Assembly: GCA_903916245.1 (NCBI GenBank)
Contig: CAIWVZ010000038.1
Location: 1-53,038 of the forward strand
From: an uncultured Planctomycetota bacterium
Lineage (GTDB): Bacteria; Planctomycetota; GCA-002687715; CAIWVZ01
Reading direction: 5' to 3'
Length of the DNA: 53,038 nt
Shown: piece after piece, positions 49,984 to 53,038 of the stretch
How the letters are laid out: each line of letters starts with the position of its first letter
Position numbering within the stretch: position 1 is the stretch's first letter
The notes under the pieces: model-generated
Told to the model about the DNA's origin: nothing
The model's input: only the letters and a program-made list of their open reading frames with translations
Databases searched by the model: none
Position numbers and translations under genes: made by a program

Positions 49984-50807
49984 CAGATCACCTCGTCGTC
50001 GTCTTCCGCGGGAGCGGCCGCGGCGGGCGCCGCCGGGGCACGGCGCAGCTTGGCGCGCACCCACGCGAGGGGCCCGGAAGCCACGTAGGCGATCATCACC
50101 ACCGGGATGAGGATGTCGGCCCGCCACATCACCAAGGCACCGGCGAACAGCACGAGCACCAAGAATCCGAAGGTTTTGCGCTCGCCGAACAATGCGTTCG
50201 TGGCGTGGGCGTATTTGAAGCGGCTCACCATCAAAAAGCCGATGGCGGGCACGAGGAACGGCATGGCGTCGACCACCCACGAGTGCGCCGTGACGGGGTC
50301 GAGCGTGATGTTCAGGAACCCGAGCGCCAAGACGCACGCGGCCGCCGCGGGCGACGGGAGTCCTTTGAAGTGGCGATGGTGTTCTTCACCGACGTCGGTT
50401 TCGACGTTGAAGCGGGCGAGCCTGAGGGCCGCGCACGCGACGTAGACGACGGCGAGCACGAGGGCGGCCTTCGGCGTCACCACGCCCGAAGTTTCCGCCA
50501 TCACTTTGAACAGGAGGGCCGGCGCCGCTCCGAAGGAGATGACGTCTGACAGCGAGTCGATTTGGGCTCCGAAGTCGCTCGCCGCGCCGACCATGCGGGC
50601 GATTTTGCCGTCGACCGCGTCGAAGATCATCGCGAGGAGGATGCACCACATCGCCTTCTGATAGAGGCCGAGGCGCACCGGGTCGGTGTTGCCGAGGTGG
50701 TTCGAATCCGTCAGGTAGGCGATCGCGAGAAAGCCGCAGAAGAGATTCCCGAGCGTGATGAGCGTCGGAAGCATCTCCACGGGCTTCATCCTGCGGGTCG
50801 GGTTCAC
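49983..50807 (-). CDS. pssA: CDP-diacylglycerol--serine O-phosphatidyltransferase
   Basis: DAVDGKIAR...FGAQIDSLSD, LRLARFN, FKGLPSP. Confidence 0.95.
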   Translation of the reverse strand: MNPTRRMKPVEMLPTLITLGNLFCGFLAIAYLTDSNHLGNTDPVRLGLYQKAMWCILLAMIFDAVDGKIARMVGAASDFGAQIDSLSDVISFGAAPALLFKVMAETSGVVTPKAALVLAVVYVACAALRLARFNVETDVGEEHHRHFKGLPSPAAAACVLALGFLNITLDPVTAHSWVVDAMPFLVPAIGFLMVSRFKYAHATNALFGERKTFGFLVLVLFAGALVMWRADILIPVVMIAYVASGPLAWVRAKLRRAPAAPAAAAPAEDDDEVI

Positions 50808-51481
50808 CTCTGCGGGTCCTTCGACACGCGTCCGATGACGGTCATCCCACCCTTCACTTTGTCACCCACCTTCACGTTGATTTCCGCCCAACGGCCCGCC
50901 GGGAGGTAGACCTCCGTGCGCGATCCGAAGCGGATCATTCCGTAGCGTTCGCCCTTCTCGTAAACCCGACCCTTTTCGACCGGGCAGAGGATGCGGCGGG
51001 CGATGAGGCCAGCGATCTGGCGGATCATGACGCGTACGCGACCGCCTTCGGGGAGTTCGGCTTCCATTCCGAGGTCGACCGCTTCGTTTTCGTCGGCGCA
51101 GCGGAGGTCACGGGCGTCGAGGTAGGCGCCCGGGCGGTGTTCGCAGTGCTCCACCTTGCCGCGCAGCGGCACGCGGTTCACGTGGACGTCGAACACCGAG
51201 AGGAAGATGCCCACGCGCTCGGCGGGGCCGCCGATGTAGGGGCACTTCGCCACCTTGGTGATGTCCGTCACCGTGCCGTCGGCCGGGCTGACGACCACAT
51301 CGAGCCCTCCCGGGATGGTCCGGTCCGGGTCGCGGAAGAAGTTCAGGATGAACGCCAAGCCGCACAGCGGCAGCACCGTGAGTACCGGGAAGGACCACAG
51401 GCACAGGACGGCGGCGGCGATGAAGAACCCGCAGAAGAGCAGGATCTCGGGCACGGCGTAGCGGGTCAGCGGGATGCGCAT
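50804..51481 (-). CDS. psd: Phosphatidylserine decarboxylase proenzyme
   Basis: FFRDPDR, SPADG, DVHVNR, QIAGLIARRI, RFGSR autocleavage site. Confidence 0.95.
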   Translation of the reverse strand: MRIPLTRYAVPEILLFCGFFIAAAVLCLWSFPVLTVLPLCGLAFILNFFRDPDRTIPGGLDVVVSPADGTVTDITKVAKCPYIGGPAERVGIFLSVFDVHVNRVPLRGKVEHCEHRPGAYLDARDLRCADENEAVDLGMEAELPEGGRVRVMIRQIAGLIARRILCPVEKGRVYEKGERYGMIRFGSRTEVYLPAGRWAEINVKVGDKVKGGMTVIGRVSKDPQR

Positions 51482-51861
51482 GGAAGGGGCGGGGTCGCCT
51501 CGGCGCCCCCGAGGCGGGACGCTAACGGTTTCGCCCCCCGCCCGGCAAGCCTTCCCCCGCTTTCTCCGTGGGAAAACCCTCAGACGGCACCACAGGACGC
51601 GTGCATCCCGCCCGAATCGCCCGGCGGATGGATCATCGAAACACGCGGAGCACGGACGGCGACCGTCCACGACTGTCGGACACCCCCGCCTACCCCGACA
51701 CAAAGGGCTATGCTGCGCCATCCCGACGGCCCGATGACTGTCGTTTCCGAACGACGACACTACCGTCGCGGCAAGGGCGCCGACGGTTATCGACCCCCAT
51801 CACGGCGTCCGAATCGACGCATACTTCGACACCCACCCACCGCGCGAACAAAGCACACCCC

Positions 51862-53038
51862 ATGAACGAAGACATGAAGCCGACACGCGGCAAGGCGAAA
51901 GGCGAGACGAACGGTCAAGGACGCCGAGAGGTGATGATCCCGCGAACGCGTTCGGCCCATCTTGTCTGCGCGATGCTTCGCATGCTTTCCCGGAGCGACA
52001 CACCGGTGGAAAAAAGTGATCTGCGGCGCCGCCTCGCCGAATCGCTGGATTTGACTCCCGCGGAGAAAAGTACCGATGCAAGAGGTCGGGAACGATGGTG
52101 GTTGAATACCGGGTTCTATGCCATTGCTGCGGTGAAGGCCGGCTATCTGTCGCGAACCAAGGGCCAATGGAGCGTAACCCCCGAAGGCCGAACGGCACTT
52201 GCCACGATGAGTGACGCCGAACTGTTCGAGAGCATGCAAGATGCGTACACGACTTGGGCGGCCAATCGCCCGGATTCCAAGGATGACACGGATGGCGATA
52301 CGACGGATGCGCCCGGTCGCCGGATCTGGATCATCGGGACGGGGCCTCAGGGCGTGGACTGGGCCGACTTCCAGGACAACGGCTACATCGGGCTTGGATT
52401 CGACTACGACGGGAAAGAGGTCGGCAATGTCGCCGACCTGAGCGAGAGTCAACTTCGTGAACGCGTAAAGACCCTCAGCGGAAAGCCGAATCCGAAGAAC
52501 GACGTCCTCTGCCTGTGGAACTTCGGCCATGAAATGCGCGACGGCGACCTCGTCATTGCGCGGAGCGGCCGTCAGCGGATTCACGGACTCGGCATCGTCC
52601 AAAGCGATTACCGCTACGAAAAGGACCGCGACACGCTGCGGCACCGTCGTGACGTGAAGTGGATCGAAACGCATGAGCGCGAACTCCCCGAAGGCGAGTT
52701 CCACGCCACCAAGTCACTGACAGACGTCACCCCTTACCCGGCCTACGTCGACCTCATGATGGGCCGGAGGACCGCGGCCGCCATCAGCAAGTTGGAAGGT
52801 CTCAAGTTGTCCGCGAACGACATCGAGACCTTCTTCAATCAGGAGCCCTACCACGAACCGGGCGATCTCGACGGCGACGAATCGGATTGGCAGGACGACA
52901 ACGCGCCGACCCTCGAACGCATCGACTCGGAGAGCTTCCTCGACATCGGAGAACTGCGCGAAATCGTCGACGTGCTACGGACGAAACTCGCCATCGTCCT
53001 TCAAGGATCCCCGGGAACTGGGAAGAGCTTTCTGGCAG
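51862..53038 (+). CDS. McrB-like AAA+ protein with Mrr_N-type winged helix and PUA/EVE-like domain (runs off window)
   Basis: Manual translation, open to window end: AVKAGYLSRTKGQWSVTPEG; IWIIG...W.DF...GYIGLG...MRDGDLVIA...GIVQSDY...R.VKW; IVLQGSPGTGKS Walker A. Confidence 0.85.
   Translation, partial: MNEDMKPTRGKAKGETNGQGRREVMIPRTRSAHLVCAMLRMLSRSDTPVEKSDLRRRLAESLDLTPAEKSTDARGRERWWLNTGFYAIAAVKAGYLSRTKGQWSVTPEGRTALATMSDAELFESMQDAYTTWAANRPDSKDDTDGDTTDAPGRRIWIIGTGPQGVDWADFQDNGYIGLGFDYDGKEVGNVADLSESQLRERVKTLSGKPNPKNDVLCLWNFGHEMRDGDLVIARSGRQRIHGLGIVQSDYRYEKDRDTLRHRRDVKWIETHERELPEGEFHATKSLTDVTPYPAYVDLMMGRRTAAAISKLEGLKLSANDIETFFNQEPYHEPGDLDGDESDWQDDNAPTLERIDSESFLDIGELREIVDVLRTKLAIVLQGSPGTGKSFLA

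Overview
GC-rich bacterial DNA, most likely an uncultured Planctomycetota lineage (inferred from Tat-exported Gfo/Idh/MocA enzymes, tandem DUF1080 proteins and an AroD-AroE fusion). Five blocks. (1) 1-17.7 kb: a glycoside-oxidation/sugar catabolic locus with 5 Gfo/Idh/MocA oxidoreductases, 3 TIM-barrel isomerase-like proteins, 2 tandem-DUF1080 proteins, a ThuA-like protein, 2 MFS transporters, 2 ApbE flavin transferases and a Cys-less FGE-fold protein. (2) 17.9-27.4 kb: secreted proteins sharing a C-terminal beta-domain, a DEAD-box helicase and two methyltransferases. (3) ~27.5-39.3 kb: a decayed composite island at the 3' end of tRNA-fMet. It holds three direct copies of a 16-bp att core, each preceded by only the C-terminal stub of a probable large serine recombinase. 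Cargo: a truncated RHS toxin plus candidate immunity gene, a RAMA-domain remnant, a metalloprotease frameshifted at a C13 tract, an FG-GAP protein, half of a tRNA-Arg and a second RHS fragment. (4) 39.5-51.5 kb: housekeeping genes (psd, pssA, folK, panC, ispE, PanG-like, aroD/E, aroK, HEAT-repeat protein) interrupted by a GT2-DUF2304-GT-C cassette. (5) 51.9 kb-end: 5' part of an McrB-like gene missing from the ORF track. No CRISPR array or rRNA seen. All calls come from motif reading by eye; no searches were run.
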